Positions 10,127-22,588 of a DNA stretch of 64,000 nt are shown here, in pieces. The number at the start of each line of letters is the position of its first letter. The first letter of the stretch is position 1. The notes below the pieces were generated by a model, which saw only the letters and a program-made list of their open reading frames with translations, was not told the origin of the DNA and did no database searches. Location: assembly GCA_039830885.1 (NCBI GenBank), contig JBDOOJ010000055.1, positions 1,406 to 65,405 on the forward strand. Direction: 5' to 3'. This DNA comes from Cycloclasticus sp. (GTDB lineage Bacteria; Pseudomonadota; Gammaproteobacteria; Methylococcales; Cycloclasticaceae). A program made the position numbers and the translations under genes.

Positions 10127-10788
10127 TCTGGCCCCGGCAATTTATCGCTTGCTAGCGGTTTTGAAAAGTCACTCGTGTCATCAGACCAACCAAATAATTT
10201 ACCCAAAAACTTAAACACGCGCTTAATGCCGCGCCATAACTTAGGCAGCGCCCAAATCATAAAGATGATAATTACCACCATGCCGACGACGAAAAACGTA
10301 GGGTGTTGAATAGAGGCCCAAACACCAACAAACACGGCAATGTCTTCCATAATAGAGGCCGTCCAGTTAGTGAAAGGTTCTGGCGAAGTATTTATCAGTA
10401 CACGGGTGCCAGCTTTGGTCGCATGTGTAATGCCCGCTAAACTACCGCCAACCAACGCCGCTGCAATTTCAGCGGCAGGGCCAATATCGCCCATCGCGCC
10501 AGCAGCCAACATCGCGCCAGCGGGGATGCGAATAAAGGTATGTAGCGTATCCCAAACGGTATCAACGCCCGGCACCTTATCGGCAAAAAACTCAACCGCG
10601 TACATCAAGCCAGCAGCGGTCATCACTAATGGGTCGGCTACAATCATTAAATCGGGTGGGAGGTCAATGCTGCCGGTATGTGCCAAATAGCCGAGCATTA
10701 ATAATGTTGCGTATAAATTAATACCGCTGCCCCATGCTGCGCCCATAGTAAGCGCTAGAGTTTGTGATATTTGATTGAGTTCTTCCAC
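10123..10788 (-). CDS. DUF4126 family membrane protein
   Basis: SGINLYA, EFFADKVPGVDxxWD, NTSPEPFTNW. Confidence 0.8.
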   Translation of the reverse strand: MEELNQISQTLALTMGAAWGSGINLYATLLMLGYLAHTGSIDLPPDLMIVADPLVMTAAGLMYAVEFFADKVPGVDTVWDTLHTFIRIPAGAMLAAGAMGDIGPAAEIAAALVGGSLAGITHATKAGTRVLINTSPEPFTNWTASIMEDIAVFVGVWASIQHPTFFVVGMVVIIIFMIWALPKLWRGIKRVFKFLGKLFGWSDDTSDFSKPLASDKLPGPD

Positions 10789-10918
10789 GGTTATCGCTCC
10801 CTGTGATTCATAAGAACAAGAATATCATAACTAACCTGAATCGCGGATAAACAAGCAAGCACGCTTAGTCGTCAATATTGTGTAAAATGTAGGGTCAACA
10901 GTAACGTGAGATATAACA

Positions 10919-11467
10919 GTGGATTTTAGAGGAACAACCATACTTTCTGTGCGACGCGGCAATAGCGTTGTAGTGGGTGGCGATGGCCAAGTAACATTGG
11001 GTAACACCATTATGAAAGGCAACGCGAGAAAAGTACGTCGTTTAGCGGGTGGCGATGTGATTGCGGGTTTTGCAGGCGCAACAGCCGATGCGTTTACCTT
11101 ATTTGAACGTTTCGAGGGCATGTTGGAAAAGCATCATGGCAACCTAACGCGCGCAGCCGTAGAAATGGCAAAAGATTGGCGAACAGATCGCGTGCTTCGT
11201 AAATTAGAAGCCTTACTCGCTATAGCGGATAGTAAAGACTCGCTGATTATTTCAGGTAATGGTGACGTGATTCAGCCAGAGCAGGATTTAATTGCCATTG
11301 GCTCAGGTGGGCCATTTGCGCAATCAGCCGCTCGTGCATTATTGGAAAACACTGATTTATCGGCGCGTGAAATTGTTAAAAAATCACTGGACATAGCCGG
11401 TGATATTTGTATTTACACCAATCACAATCACACGATTGAAGAATTAGTTGCAGAGGAAAAAAAGTAG
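10919..11467 (+). CDS. hslV: ATP-dependent protease peptidase subunit HslV
   Basis: [30 protein letters not shown]. Confidence 0.97.
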   Translation: MDFRGTTILSVRRGNSVVVGGDGQVTLGNTIMKGNARKVRRLAGGDVIAGFAGATADAFTLFERFEGMLEKHHGNLTRAAVEMAKDWRTDRVLRKLEALLAIADSKDSLIISGNGDVIQPEQDLIAIGSGGPFAQSAARALLENTDLSAREIVKKSLDIAGDICIYTNHNHTIEELVAEEKK

Positions 11468-11468
11468 C

Positions 11469-12791
11469 ATGAGCCAAATGACACCAAAAGAAATTGTGCA
11501 TGAGCTGGATAAGCACATTGTTGGACAAGACGCCGCAAAACGAGCTGTGGCCATTGCCTTAAGAAATCGTTGGAGACGTTCGCAAGTAGCTGAAAGTTTA
11601 CGCGACGAAATTACGCCGAAAAATATTTTGATGATTGGCCCAACCGGTGTGGGTAAAACGGAAATAGCGCGCCGCCTAGCAACCTTGGCGAATGCGCCGT
11701 TTATTAAAATTGAAGCGACCAAATTCACCGAAGTGGGTTATGTTGGTCGCGATGTTGACTCTATCGTTCGCGATCTTGCTGATATCGCCGTTAAAATGAC
11801 GCGCGATGTAGAAATGCAAAAAGTAAAACGCAGAGCAGAAGACGAAGCAGAAGAAAGAATCCTCGATATTTTGTTGCCGCGAGCAGAAGGTGCAGATTCT
11901 GACGATACATCGGGCGATACGACACGCCAAAAGTTTCGTAAAAAATTGCGTGAAGGAGATTTAGACGACAAAGAAATTGAGCTTGAAATGACTGCGCCGA
12001 GTGTGGGTGTGGAAATTATGGCCCCCCCCGGTATGGAAGAAATGACCAACCAATTGCAAGGCATGTTCCAAAACATGTCGGGCGATAAAAAGAAAAAGCG
12101 CAAGTTATCCATTAAGAATGCATTAGCCGCTTTAACCGAAGAAGAGGCAGGTAAATTAGTTAATGAAGAAGAACTTAAGCACAAGGCGATAGAAAACTTG
12201 GAGCAAACAGGCATCGTGTTTTTAGACGAATTGGACAAAGTGTGTAAACGTGGCGACAGCGGTGGCGCTGATGTGTCACGAGACGGTGTGCAACGCGATT
12301 TATTGCCATTGGTTGAAGGCACGACCGTTACGACTAAATACGGCCCGGTTAAAACTGACCATATATTATTTATTGCTTCGGGCGCGTTCCATGTTTCTAA
12401 GCCGTCAGATTTAATTCCAGAGCTTCAAGGACGTTTCCCCATTAGAGTAGAGTTGGATGCGTTAGTGGCAGCAGACTTCGTGCGTATTTTAACGGAGCCA
12501 GACGCCTCATTAACTGAACAATACATTGCGCTGTTAAAAACCGAAGACGTGAATTTAACGTTTACTAAAGACGGGGTTGCCCGTATTGCCGACATGGCAT
12601 GGCAAGTGAACGAAGGCACAGAAAATATCGGTGCGCGGCGCTTACATACCATTTTAGAACGTTTGCTGGACGAAATTTCCTTTAAAGCACCGGCCGGTTC
12701 GCAGTTAAACGAAGTGGTTGATGCGGCGTATGTTGATGCGCATTTATCAGAACTGGCGTCTGATGAAGATTTATCACGTTACATTTTGTAG
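11469..12791 (+). CDS. hslU: ATP-dependent protease ATPase subunit HslU
   Basis: [15 protein letters not shown] Walker [25 protein letters not shown]; ATG at 11469. Confidence 0.97.
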   Translation: MSQMTPKEIVHELDKHIVGQDAAKRAVAIALRNRWRRSQVAESLRDEITPKNILMIGPTGVGKTEIARRLATLANAPFIKIEATKFTEVGYVGRDVDSIVRDLADIAVKMTRDVEMQKVKRRAEDEAEERILDILLPRAEGADSDDTSGDTTRQKFRKKLREGDLDDKEIELEMTAPSVGVEIMAPPGMEEMTNQLQGMFQNMSGDKKKKRKLSIKNALAALTEEEAGKLVNEEELKHKAIENLEQTGIVFLDELDKVCKRGDSGGADVSRDGVQRDLLPLVEGTTVTTKYGPVKTDHILFIASGAFHVSKPSDLIPELQGRFPIRVELDALVAADFVRILTEPDASLTEQYIALLKTEDVNLTFTKDGVARIADMAWQVNEGTENIGARRLHTILERLLDEISFKAPAGSQLNEVVDAAYVDAHLSELASDEDLSRYIL

Positions 12792-12798
12792 GTAAAAC

Positions 12799-13155
12799 AT
12801 GACAGCCATAACAGATTTAGCGTTAGATCAAAAAAGCAGGGTCTTATCCTTAAGCCTTGATGACGGTCAAACCATTGAACTGAGTTGTGAGTATTTGCGT
12901 GTGCATTCGCCATCGGCAGAAGTGCGTGGGCATGGCCCAGGGCAAGAAGTGCTGCAGTTAAATAAAGAAAACGTCAACATCACAGCGATAGAACCGGTGG
13001 GTAATTACGCCGTACGCTTAGTGTTTAGCGATGGGCACGACACAGGCTTATACGCTTGGGATTTTTTGGTTGAACTGGCCGAAAAAAAGGACGAAAACTG
13101 GCAGCATTATTTAGCGCGGCTTGAAGAGGCGGGGCATCAGCGCACGCTTAATTAA
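12799..13155 (+). CDS. DUF971 / GBBH-like N-terminal domain protein
   Basis: EYLRVHSPSAEVRGH, VGNYAV, FSDGHDTGLY. Confidence 0.9.
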   Translation: MTAITDLALDQKSRVLSLSLDDGQTIELSCEYLRVHSPSAEVRGHGPGQEVLQLNKENVNITAIEPVGNYAVRLVFSDGHDTGLYAWDFLVELAEKKDENWQHYLARLEEAGHQRTLN

Positions 13156-13188
13156 GCAACGCCGTAAATATAAAGTAAGAAGGTTGAT

Positions 13189-13938
13189 ATGGTAGATAAA
13201 GCAACAACGCATTTTGGTTTTAAAGATATTCCCGTTGATGAAAAAGTTGGCAAAGTTCGCGAAGTGTTTGATTCGGTTGCGCCTTCATACGATGTGATGA
13301 ACGACTTAATGTCGATGGGTGTGCACCGTTTGTGGAAACGCTTCACGGTTGAAATTGCGAATGTAAAACCGGGTCACGTGGTGCTGGATTTAGCCGGTGG
13401 AACGGGCGATTTAGCGGCATTATTTGCTAAGCGTGTCGGTAAAAATGGCAAAGTCGTGTTGGCTGATATTAATGAAGCGATGTTGCGCGTTGGCCGTGAC
13501 CGTATGATTGATAAGGGGCTTGCAAAAAATATCACCTATAATCTTGCGAATGCAGAATGCTTGCCGTATTCATCCAATCAGTTTGATCGTGTGTGTATTG
13601 GCTTTGGTTTAAGGAATGTGACCGATAAAGATGCCGCTCTACGCTCAATGTACGACGTGCTAAAGCCCGGTGGCCGCTTGTTGATACTTGAGTTTTCAAA
13701 ACCCACCAACCCGATTTTAGATAAAATATACGACATTTATTCTTTCAAATTATTGCCAAAAATTGGCGAGCTGATTGCCAAAGACGGTGAGAGCTATAAA
13801 TACCTCGCTGAGTCCATCCGTATGCACCCAGATCAAGCCACGTTGAAAGGCATGATGGAAGACGCTGGCTTTGAACGTTGCCAAGTGAATAATTTGACTG
13901 GCGGCATAGTGGCTGTCCATACAGGCTATAAGCTGTAA
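13189..13938 (+). CDS. ubiE: Ubiquinone/menaquinone C-methyltransferase
   Basis: [39 protein letters not shown]. Confidence 0.97.
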   Translation: MVDKATTHFGFKDIPVDEKVGKVREVFDSVAPSYDVMNDLMSMGVHRLWKRFTVEIANVKPGHVVLDLAGGTGDLAALFAKRVGKNGKVVLADINEAMLRVGRDRMIDKGLAKNITYNLANAECLPYSSNQFDRVCIGFGLRNVTDKDAALRSMYDVLKPGGRLLILEFSKPTNPILDKIYDIYSFKLLPKIGELIAKDGESYKYLAESIRMHPDQATLKGMMEDAGFERCQVNNLTGGIVAVHTGYKL

Positions 13939-13943
13939 ATCAA

Positions 13944-14585
13944 ATGTCATTACTCACGCCCTTTATAAAGCCGCTACAAATAGCCATTAACCGCTATTTG
14001 GATTACGACCCCGAAGCGCCTAAACAACTGGCGAAAATGCAGGGCAAAGTGGTGGCATTAAACTTTGCACCGCTGGATGTGGAATTGTTTTTAATCATCA
14101 CGCGGGATGGTTTGGATATTTGTGATGAACTGTCAGCCCCCGCCGACACCACCATAACCGGCTCACCGTTGTCGTTGGGGATGATGGGGTTGCAAGAATC
14201 GTCAACCTCTAGTTTGTTTGCAGGTGACGTCAGCATAGAAGGCGACATGGAGTTGGGCACGCAGTTTCAAACGTTCTTAAAAAATATTGAAGTGGACTGG
14301 GAAGAGCCGTTATCTAAGCTCACCGGTGATGTGGTCGCTAATCAGCTGGGTGAGTTCGTTAGTGATTTCTCCGCTTGGATGCAGGAAACAACCAAGACGA
14401 ATGCATTGAATGTGTCCGAATATTTTCGTGAAGAGCAAAACATGTTGCCCTCTAAATTTGAAGTGGAGCGCTTTAAAAAGGGCATCGATGAACTTCGCTT
14501 ATCAACCGACAGGCTAGACGCAAAAGTACAGCGGCTTATCGCTCAACAACAAACGGCCAACGAGCCTAAAAAGGACGTCACGTGA
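13944..14585 (+). CDS. ubiJ: Ubiquinone biosynthesis accessory factor (SCP2 domain)
   Basis: [23 protein letters not shown]; located between ubiE and ubiB. Confidence 0.9.
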   Translation: MSLLTPFIKPLQIAINRYLDYDPEAPKQLAKMQGKVVALNFAPLDVELFLIITRDGLDICDELSAPADTTITGSPLSLGMMGLQESSTSSLFAGDVSIEGDMELGTQFQTFLKNIEVDWEEPLSKLTGDVVANQLGEFVSDFSAWMQETTKTNALNVSEYFREEQNMLPSKFEVERFKKGIDELRLSTDRLDAKVQRLIAQQQTANEPKKDVT

Positions 14586-16228
14586 TTAAGCTAAAAACAG
14601 CGTTAAGATTGATTCGAATACAGCGCGTGTTATTACGTTATGGCTTAGACGAGTATGTGTTTAACCTGCACTTATTTAGGCCGCTGCGTTTTCTAACCTA
14701 TTTGTCGCCAAGCTATTTGATGGGTCGGCGAAAAGGCCCGCGCGGGGAACGCATTCGTAAGGCGTTGGAAGATTTAGGCCCAATTTTTGTTAAATTTGGC
14801 CAAATATTGTCAACTCGACAAGACTTATTGCCGCCTGATATTGGTAAGGAATTAACGCTTTTACAAGATAATGTGCCGCCGTTTGCCGATAAGTTAGCGC
14901 GCGATATTATCGAAAAATCGTTGGAACAACCCATTGAAAAGGTGTTCTCTGAATTTTCAGAAAGCCCGTTAGCGTCAGCCTCAGTTGCACAAGTGCACAC
15001 AGCCACCTTGTTAACGGGTGAGGATGTCGTCGTTAAAGTGTTACGCCCAGGTATCGAGAAAACCATCGATGCCGATGTGGCGCTGTTATACGCCTTGGCA
15101 GAATTAGCCACCAAGTACTGGGGTGAAGCAAAGCGACTCAAGCCTATCGAAGTGGTGCAAGAATTCGATCACACTATTCATGACGAGTTAGATTTAGTAC
15201 GTGAAGCGGCCAACGCATCGCAATTGCGCCGTAACTTTGAAGGCTCAGAACAGCTTTACGTGCCCGATATTTATTGGGATTACACGCGTCAAAACGTCAT
15301 GGTGATGGAGCGTATTTACGGCACGCCGATTGGCAGAATTGACGAATTAAAAGCCAAGGGTATCGACATGAAGTTGCTTGCCGAGCGCGGTGTGGAGATT
15401 TTCTTCGCCCAAGTGTTCCGCGATAACTTCTTTCATGCCGATATGCACCCGGGTAATATTTTTGCCTCCGACGACGCGCAATTTTTAGCCGTTGATTTCG
15501 GCATCATGGGCAGCGTCACGCTGGCGGATCAGCGTTACCTTGCAGAAAATTTCCTTGCGTTTTTCCAACGAGATTATTTCCGCGTTGCGCAATTACACAT
15601 TGAGTCAGGCTGGGTGCCTAAGCATACAAGGGTCGATGAATTTGAAAGCGCGATTCGCGCTGTGTGCGAACCGATTTTTGAAAAACCGTTAAAAGAAATC
15701 TCCTACGGTCATTTATTAATGCGTTTATTTCAAACTGCGCGCCGATTTGATATGGAAGTTCAGCCGCAGTTGGTACTACTGCAAAAAACATTATTAAATA
15801 TCGAAGGCCTAGGCCGCCAGCTGTACCCGGATTTAGACTTATGGCAAACAGCCAAGCCGTACCTAGAAGAGTGGTACAAAAACCGCATGGGGCCCAAAGC
15901 GACGTTTAATAAGCTTAAAGAACACTTGCCCATCATAGCCGAGAAGCTGCCAGAACTACCAGAAATGGCCTACAAGGTGCTGAGCGATGCGGCGAAAGGC
16001 GAACTGGAAATAAAATGGAAGTCTCAGCAGTTAGAAGAAATTAAGCAGCAAATGGCGAAAAACCATCGGAAAACCATCCTAGCGATGTGTGGTGGTAGCA
16101 TGCTTATTTCAGCGGCCATTATTTTAGGCTTAGATGGTTTCTCACCACTGATGTTGGGTGATGCCCCCGTTGCTACTTGGGCATTGGGCGGTTTGGGGGG
16201 CTTGTTTTTATTCGGTGCATTGGACTAG
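14582..16228 (+). CDS. ubiB: Ubiquinone biosynthesis kinase-like protein
   Basis: [40 protein letters not shown]. Confidence 0.97.
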   Translation: MIKLKTALRLIRIQRVLLRYGLDEYVFNLHLFRPLRFLTYLSPSYLMGRRKGPRGERIRKALEDLGPIFVKFGQILSTRQDLLPPDIGKELTLLQDNVPPFADKLARDIIEKSLEQPIEKVFSEFSESPLASASVAQVHTATLLTGEDVVVKVLRPGIEKTIDADVALLYALAELATKYWGEAKRLKPIEVVQEFDHTIHDELDLVREAANASQLRRNFEGSEQLYVPDIYWDYTRQNVMVMERIYGTPIGRIDELKAKGIDMKLLAERGVEIFFAQVFRDNFFHADMHPGNIFASDDAQFLAVDFGIMGSVTLADQRYLAENFLAFFQRDYFRVAQLHIESGWVPKHTRVDEFESAIRAVCEPIFEKPLKEISYGHLLMRLFQTARRFDMEVQPQLVLLQKTLLNIEGLGRQLYPDLDLWQTAKPYLEEWYKNRMGPKATFNKLKEHLPIIAEKLPELPEMAYKVLSDAAKGELEIKWKSQQLEEIKQQMAKNHRKTILAMCGGSMLISAAIILGLDGFSPLMLGDAPVATWALGGLGGLFLFGALD

Positions 16229-16234
16229 TTTTTT

Positions 16235-16786
16235 ATGACGCTAATGCACACACCCATTTGTGATGTTGGATTAGCCACGCCAGATTTTAAGCTGCAAGGT
16301 GTAGACGGTAAACAATGGACGCGCGATGACTGTGTGGGTGAAAATGGCCTGCTGGTCATGTTTATTTGTAACCATTGTCCGTTTGTAAAAGCCATTCAAC
16401 AACGTCTAGTAGACGATACAGCCGAACTGCAAAAATACGGCATAGGCGTTGTGGCCATTATGTCGAATGACCCAAATGATTACCCCGAAGATTCGTTCGA
16501 GAATATGCGGCTTGTCGCTAAAGAAAAAGGCTATAACTTTCCCTACTTAATCGATATAACGCAGCAAGTGGCTAAAGCCTACGGCGCAATTTGCACCCCA
16601 GACTTTTTTGGCTATAACGCCAAAATGGAATTGCAATACCGTGGCCGTTTAGATAAGAGCGGTATGACGGTTGGCCCTGATGATATGAAGCGTGATTTAC
16701 TTGAGGCGATGAAGCTAGTCGCAACGACGGGAAAAGGGCCCGAAGAACAGGTGGCTAGTATGGGTTGCTCTATTAAGTGGTTATAG
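16235..16786 (+). CDS. Thioredoxin-family (AhpC/TSA-like) protein
   Basis: FICNHCPFV, YGAICTPDFF, YRGRLD, SMGCSIKW. Confidence 0.88.
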   Translation: MTLMHTPICDVGLATPDFKLQGVDGKQWTRDDCVGENGLLVMFICNHCPFVKAIQQRLVDDTAELQKYGIGVVAIMSNDPNDYPEDSFENMRLVAKEKGYNFPYLIDITQQVAKAYGAICTPDFFGYNAKMELQYRGRLDKSGMTVGPDDMKRDLLEAMKLVATTGKGPEEQVASMGCSIKWL

Positions 16787-16848
16787 GGTCACGTTATGGA
16801 CTTACGTCACCGTAACAGCTCTAAGCAGGCGATGTTACGGCAAATCGT

Positions 16849-18795
16849 TTAGAATTCGTCCAATAATTTTTCCAGCTGTCTAATGGTGTTAACTGTTTGA
16901 CTGTATTTATGTTCCATTTTCTCAATAGCTTCGACATTGCGCTTGCTAAATTCCAGGGACGAATTTAAGTCTTTATTGATGTCAGTTATGATGCCACCTA
17001 CTAAATCGAGGCCTTCCATGTCCTGCGAGAAGTTTCCGGTCGTTGTATTTAGTATTTCAGTGTTGTTCTTTATTTGATCAGAAACGCTATTCGATGTGTC
17101 AATCAAACCTGCTAATTCAGCTACGCCTGCTTGCATATTGTTATTAATATCGTTGATATCGTTGATATTGTTGATAACCAGGCTGACGGTACTGTTCGCT
17201 TCATCCAGTGATTTTGTGGTGCGTATTGCTAATTGCCTAACTTCATCGGCTACCACAGCAAATCCTCGGCCTTGGTCGCCAGCTCTCGCTGCCTCAATGG
17301 CTGCATTTAACGCTAATAAATTAGTTTGAGAGGCAATGCTGGTGATAACGTCTAGTACGCTGTTTATTTCTGTTATTTCATCCGATAACTTAAGTAATTT
17401 ATTGGAAACTTCAGTTTCCATTGACACATTACTCTCAACATTTTGTTTTAGTCTGTCCATGGATAAATTAGCTTCATGCATCAGTTCGTTAGACTCTCTG
17501 ATATTGCCAAGTACAACCTTGGTTGAATCGATTGCTTCGTTTGTTGAATGAGCAATTTTATTATTTCTCTCGCTTGAATTAGCTAAGTCGCTGCTCATTC
17601 TTTTAGAATCATCAATGGCTTCTGTCGAAATAAGGGAATATTCTCTGAGAATTTGCTGGATGCTTTCGTTGTTACTTTTTGTTTTGGCCACCACGATTTT
17701 AATTTTGTTTATAAATTGGTTAAAACTGTCAGCTATAACAGACAGCTCATCATCGGTGTCCAGTTCAAAGTGCTTATTTAAAATACGGTCCTCACGGTTA
17801 AGCTCATCCGCAATGTATTTAATGGGTCTAACAACGTACTTACGAACAACGATTGTTAAAATTATCAATACGCACAAATCCACAATAATCATTAAAATCA
17901 ATTGCATTGTCAGGGCTGACTTTGCTGCGTCAATGACGGCTTCAACCAGCGTTAACTTTTTGGCAATGATGGCATAACCCACGACTTTTTCATTGAAGCC
18001 TTTAATGGGAATGCTGGCATAAAAGTACTGACTGCTCTTGCCAGCCTGAGTTATATCTGAGCTTTTTAGGTCATCAAACAACATTTGGTTGAGTGCATTT
18101 CGATCTGACGCTAATACAAATTTTTGGTTAAGCCTGGGTGCGGTTGCTAAGTATTTTGCTGTGCTAAGGTAATTAGAGTCCATCACTATAAAGCCTTCAA
18201 CTTGGCGAGCACTAGCTTCGCTTATGATGGAGTTCAGACCTTGCATAAATTCGATACTGCCCAGGTACTCGCCATCACTAATGATGGGTGCCAAGCCCCT
18301 TAATACAAGACCAACTCGCCCAATCTCAATAGCAACAAGAGGTTTTTTGGTTTGTTTGACAGTCGTGATGGTATGACGAAAGGAATTTAGGTCATCGCCA
18401 AATTTGCTTAACTTCCATTCGCGTACAAAGCTATGAACGTCTTTGTCGTGTACATGAAGTTTAATATTTTGAAAGGTCGTGTTGTCTTTGTAGTCTTTAA
18501 TAATGGCTTGGAGTTGCTCAATGGCAGGGCCGCGATCGTTTTCTTTTAGAGCAATAACAATGGACCGATTGTGAGATAAGCCAATAACGTTTAACTTAGC
18601 GATATCAATTTTTGCTTGGTATTTATCTTCAAAATAGGCGGCTAACTTATCTTTTTCAGCCAGATAAATATTTTCTTCAATTTCACTAATGCTGATTAAT
18701 GAGTTGACGATTAACATGCTAAGGCCCATCAAGAGAACCAGAATCATAGGGATATGAATTTTTTTGCCTATGCTCAATTTGTTAAATATGTTCAT
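16849..18795 (-). CDS. Methyl-accepting chemotaxis protein with periplasmic Cache-type domain
   Basis: Two TM segments, a HAMP-like region and [34 protein letters not shown]. Confidence 0.93.
   Translation of the reverse strand: MNIFNKLSIGKKIHIPMILVLLMGLSMLIVNSLISISEIEENIYLAEKDKLAAYFEDKYQAKIDIAKLNVIGLSHNRSIVIALKENDRGPAIEQLQAIIKDYKDNTTFQNIKLHVHDKDVHSFVREWKLSKFGDDLNSFRHTITTVKQTKKPLVAIEIGRVGLVLRGLAPIISDGEYLGSIEFMQGLNSIISEASARQVEGFIVMDSNYLSTAKYLATAPRLNQKFVLASDRNALNQMLFDDLKSSDITQAGKSSQYFYASIPIKGFNEKVVGYAIIAKKLTLVEAVIDAAKSALTMQLILMIIVDLCVLIILTIVVRKYVVRPIKYIADELNREDRILNKHFELDTDDELSVIADSFNQFINKIKIVVAKTKSNNESIQQILREYSLISTEAIDDSKRMSSDLANSSERNNKIAHSTNEAIDSTKVVLGNIRESNELMHEANLSMDRLKQNVESNVSMETEVSNKLLKLSDEITEINSVLDVITSIASQTNLLALNAAIEAARAGDQGRGFAVVADEVRQLAIRTTKSLDEANSTVSLVINNINDINDINNNMQAGVAELAGLIDTSNSVSDQIKNNTEILNTTTGNFSQDMEGLDLVGGIITDINKDLNSSLEFSKRNVEAIEKMEHKYSQTVNTIRQLEKLLDEF
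17147..17173. repeat. 9-bp tandem repeat (ATATCGTTG x2 + ATATTGTTG) inside the MCP gene
   Basis: Seen directly; encodes [11 protein letters not shown]. Confidence 0.7.
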
Positions 18796-18901
18796 GTCAT
18801 TCTCTGTGTTAAACGCTATTAAGTTGTATCGGCAATAATAGCCAAACCTTGATAGTATACATTTAGATTTAGAAATCTAAGGCTGTAAGTAAAATCGCAA
18901 T

Positions 18902-19087
18902 ATGACCAAAAAGCTCCCTAAACCCATCCGCCCCGAAAATGACGATTGTTGTGGCGGCGGTGGTTGCTGTCCTTGTGTTTGGGACACCTATTTCAACGCA
19001 CTTGATTTATGGGAAGAACAAGAAGAGAAAGAAAAAGCGTTAGCGGATGCAGGAAAAGCCATCAGCGATGTGGCCAAAACAGACTAA
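18902..19087 (+). CDS. Oxidoreductase-like domain small protein
   Basis: PxRPxxDDCCGGGGCCPCVWDTY motif. Confidence 0.8.
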   Translation: MTKKLPKPIRPENDDCCGGGGCCPCVWDTYFNALDLWEEQEEKEKALADAGKAISDVAKTD

Positions 19088-19180
19088 CGGTGTATCTTCT
19101 TAGCGGTTCAGTGTAAAATTCACGGTTTCAAAATCAGTGCGTTTAGCACTGGTTATTACACTTAAAAAACCTATAGAATC

Positions 19181-21187
19181 ATGAGCCAATCACCTTCTCG
19201 CCAAACACTGGCTAACGCCATTCGTGTCCTTAGTATGGATGCTGTTCAACAAGCTAATTCAGGCCATCCGGGTGCGCCAATGGGTATGGCAGATATTGCT
19301 GAAGTGTTATGGAATGATTTTTTATCGCATAATCCGGCGAACCCACATTGGGTGAATCGCGATCGCTTTATTTTATCGAATGGTCACGGTTCGATGTTGC
19401 TGTATTCTTTATTGCACCTCTCAGGCTACGATTTGCCGATGGAAGAGTTACGCAACTTCCGTCAATTGCATTCAAAAACACCGGGCCACCCTGAATACGG
19501 TTATGCACCGGGTGTTGAAACAACCACCGGCCCATTAGGCCAAGGTATTACCAATGCGGTGGGCATGGCGTTGGCTGAAAAAGTATTGGCGGCGCAATTT
19601 AACAAGCCTAATTTCGACGTTATCAATCACTACACCTACACCTTTATGGGCGACGGTTGCTTGATGGAAGGTATTTCGCACGAGGCGTGTTCTTATGCAG
19701 GCACATTGGGCTTGGGTAAGTTGATTGCATTTTGGGATGATAATGGCATTTCAATTGATGGCAATGTGGAAGGTTGGTTTACTGACGACACCCCTGCGCG
19801 TTTTGAAGCCTACGGTTGGCACGTGGTGAGTGGCGTGGATGGGCATAATGCCGGCGAGATTAAACAGGCGATTGAGCAAGCACAAAAAGAAACCAATAAG
19901 CCCACGCTAATCTGTTGTAAAACAGTGATTGGTTCGGGCGCACCGAATAAAGAAGGTACGCACCACGTTCATGGCGCTCCTTTAGGTGCAGAAGAAATAG
20001 CAGCAACACGAAAAGTTTTGGGTTGGACGGCTCCTGCGTTTGAAATCCCCGCTGAGTTTAAAGACGCATGGGATGGCAACGATAAAGGCGAGCAGGCCGA
20101 AAGTAAATGGGATGACTTGTTAGAAACGTATGTGGCTGAACACCCAGAGTTAGCAGATGAATTGTTGCGCCGGTTATCGGGCGACTTGGCTGAAGATTGG
20201 GACGAAAAATCAACTGCGTTTATCGACGCTGTTCAACAAGCTGGCGATACCATTGCATCTCGTAAAGCATCACTAAACACACTGAATGCGTTTGGTCCGC
20301 TACTTCCAGAATTTCTTGGCGGCTCGGCCGATTTAACCGGTTCTAACTTAACGGAATGGACGGGTTGTACTGATGTTGATGGCAGCAATGCTAATGGCAA
20401 CTATTTACACTACGGTGTGCGTGAGTTTGGTATGAGTGCCATTCAAAACGGTATCGCATTACACGGCGGTTTTATTCCTTACGGCGCAACTTTTTTAACG
20501 TTCTCAGATTATTCTAGAAACGCCATTCGTATGGCAGCGTTGATGAAGCTAAAGAATATCTTTGTCTTCACGCACGATTCTATTGGCTTAGGCGAAGATG
20601 GCCCAACGCATCAATCGGTTGAACATGTTTCAAGCTTGCGTTTAATTCCTAATTTAGATGTATGGCGCCCATGTGATGCAGTCGAGTCTGCAGTTGCATG
20701 GAAGTGTGCGGTTGAAAGTGAAGATACGCCGTCTGCGCTTATTTTTACGCGTCAAAATGTACAACACCAAGACCGTTCTGCAGAACAAGTGGCTGATATT
20801 TCAAAAGGTGCTTATGTGCTGAAAGATTGTGACGGTGAGCCGCAAATCATCTTAATGGGCACAGGCTCAGAAGTAGAATTGGCAACGGCAGCAGCAGAGC
20901 AATTATCAGCCGAAGGTATTAAGGTGCGAGTGGTGTCTATGCCATGTACAGACTTGTTTGATAAGCAAGATGCTGCGTATAAAGAATCTGTATTGCCATC
21001 ATCAGTAATGGCAAGAGCGGCGATTGAAGCGGGAACAACAGCGCTTTGGTATAAATATGTTGGGCTTAATGGTGCTGTTATTGGCATGGATTGCTTTGGC
21101 GAATCTGCTCCGGCTAAAGAATTGTTTGAACATTTTGGTATCACCGCGAACAAGCTAGCAGATGCAGCTAAAGCGTTATTGGCATAA
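19181..21187 (+). CDS. tkt: Transketolase
   Basis: [40 protein letters not shown]. Confidence 0.98.
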   Translation: MSQSPSRQTLANAIRVLSMDAVQQANSGHPGAPMGMADIAEVLWNDFLSHNPANPHWVNRDRFILSNGHGSMLLYSLLHLSGYDLPMEELRNFRQLHSKTPGHPEYGYAPGVETTTGPLGQGITNAVGMALAEKVLAAQFNKPNFDVINHYTYTFMGDGCLMEGISHEACSYAGTLGLGKLIAFWDDNGISIDGNVEGWFTDDTPARFEAYGWHVVSGVDGHNAGEIKQAIEQAQKETNKPTLICCKTVIGSGAPNKEGTHHVHGAPLGAEEIAATRKVLGWTAPAFEIPAEFKDAWDGNDKGEQAESKWDDLLETYVAEHPELADELLRRLSGDLAEDWDEKSTAFIDAVQQAGDTIASRKASLNTLNAFGPLLPEFLGGSADLTGSNLTEWTGCTDVDGSNANGNYLHYGVREFGMSAIQNGIALHGGFIPYGATFLTFSDYSRNAIRMAALMKLKNIFVFTHDSIGLGEDGPTHQSVEHVSSLRLIPNLDVWRPCDAVESAVAWKCAVESEDTPSALIFTRQNVQHQDRSAEQVADISKGAYVLKDCDGEPQIILMGTGSEVELATAAAEQLSAEGIKVRVVSMPCTDLFDKQDAAYKESVLPSSVMARAAIEAGTTALWYKYVGLNGAVIGMDCFGESAPAKELFEHFGITANKLADAAKALLA

Positions 21188-21225
21188 GCTTTTATTTATA
21201 ACCGAATACGGCAGCGAGTTACGTT

Positions 21226-22401
21226 ATGAGCATCACGAATATGCAAGACCTTGATTTAACTGGCAAACGCGTTCTTATAAGGCAAGACTTAAACGTGCCG
21301 ATTAAAGATGGCAAGGTGATGAGCGATGCGAGAATCCGTGCGAGTTTGCCGACGATTCAGCAAGCGCATGCTGCGGGTGCCATGGTGATGCTGATGTCAC
21401 ACATTGGCCGCCCAACAGAAGGTGAGTTTGACGAAGCGTTTAGCTTAAAACCCGTTGCGGAACATTTATCTCAACTGCTGAATTTGCCTGTTCGTTTAGA
21501 GAAAGACTGGTTGGATGGAATTGAAGGTGCGTCTGGCGATATTGTTTTGTGCGAAAACGTTCGCTTTAATATTGGCGAGAAAAAAGATGATGAGGCGCTA
21601 TCAAAAAAGATGGCGGCTTTATGCGATATTTTTGTGATGGACGCATTTGGAACGGCGCATCGCGCGCAAGCATCGACACATGGCGTAGCTAAATTTGCAC
21701 CAATAGCTTGTGCAGGCCCATTGTTATCAGCGGAACTAGTTGCATTAGGTAAAGCGTTACATGAACCAGCGCAACCGATGTTAGCGATTGTGGGCGGCGC
21801 AAAAGTATCAACAAAACTCACGGTGTTGGACTCCATGTTAGATAAAGTCGACCAGCTGATTGTGGGCGGCGGCATTGCCAATACCTTTATCGCAGCGCAA
21901 GGGCATCCCGTCGGTAAATCATTGTACGAACCGGACTTAATCGACGAAGCAAAAGCATTAATGATTAAGGCTGAAAAAAATGGCGCAAGTATTCCTGTGC
22001 CAATTGATGTTGTATGCGGCAAAGCCTTTTCAGAATCAGCAGAAGCCGTGGTGAAATTGGTGGCGGATGTCGAAGACGATGATTTGATTTTAGACGTGGG
22101 CCCACAAACGGCCAAGCAATACGCCGATTTGGTTAAATCAGCCGGTACGATTGTTTGGAACGGGCCATTAGGCGTGTTCGAATTTGATCAATTCGCAGAA
22201 GGAACAAAAACACTCGCGCAAGCGATTGCCGATAGCGATGGGTTTTCAATTGCAGGCGGCGGCGACACTTTGGCGGCGGTTGATAAATACAATATTGCCG
22301 ATAAGGTGTCATACATTTCAACAGGCGGTGGTGCTTTTCTTGAGTTTTTGGAAGGTAAAGAGCTACCGGCTGTCAGCATACTTCAGGCGCGTAATAGCTA
22401 A
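21226..22401 (+). CDS. pgk: Phosphoglycerate kinase
   Basis: [40 protein letters not shown]. Confidence 0.98.
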   Translation: MSITNMQDLDLTGKRVLIRQDLNVPIKDGKVMSDARIRASLPTIQQAHAAGAMVMLMSHIGRPTEGEFDEAFSLKPVAEHLSQLLNLPVRLEKDWLDGIEGASGDIVLCENVRFNIGEKKDDEALSKKMAALCDIFVMDAFGTAHRAQASTHGVAKFAPIACAGPLLSAELVALGKALHEPAQPMLAIVGGAKVSTKLTVLDSMLDKVDQLIVGGGIANTFIAAQGHPVGKSLYEPDLIDEAKALMIKAEKNGASIPVPIDVVCGKAFSESAEAVVKLVADVEDDDLILDVGPQTAKQYADLVKSAGTIVWNGPLGVFEFDQFAEGTKTLAQAIADSDGFSIAGGGDTLAAVDKYNIADKVSYISTGGGAFLEFLEGKELPAVSILQARNS

Positions 22402-22588
22402 AGAGAAGCCCGATATTGTTGCTGGTTTCGTTCTTAACAGCGTCTATTTGAAGTAATTCTAAGGCGCCAAAGAGCAAACAAAAAAATCAGATACACCTTT
22501 CTATTTAAGTTATTTTTCACTTAGCCGATATAAAGCTTACCTACCATTAATAAGCTAATTAGTGCCCGTGGTGGCGCTCAAATAACCA

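Noticed and set aside
21471-22115. Long antisense ORFs (also 11738-12322, 41182-41727, 51534-52202, 53774-54274)
   Set aside because: Shadow frames opposite well-conserved genes, with no recognisable motifs.
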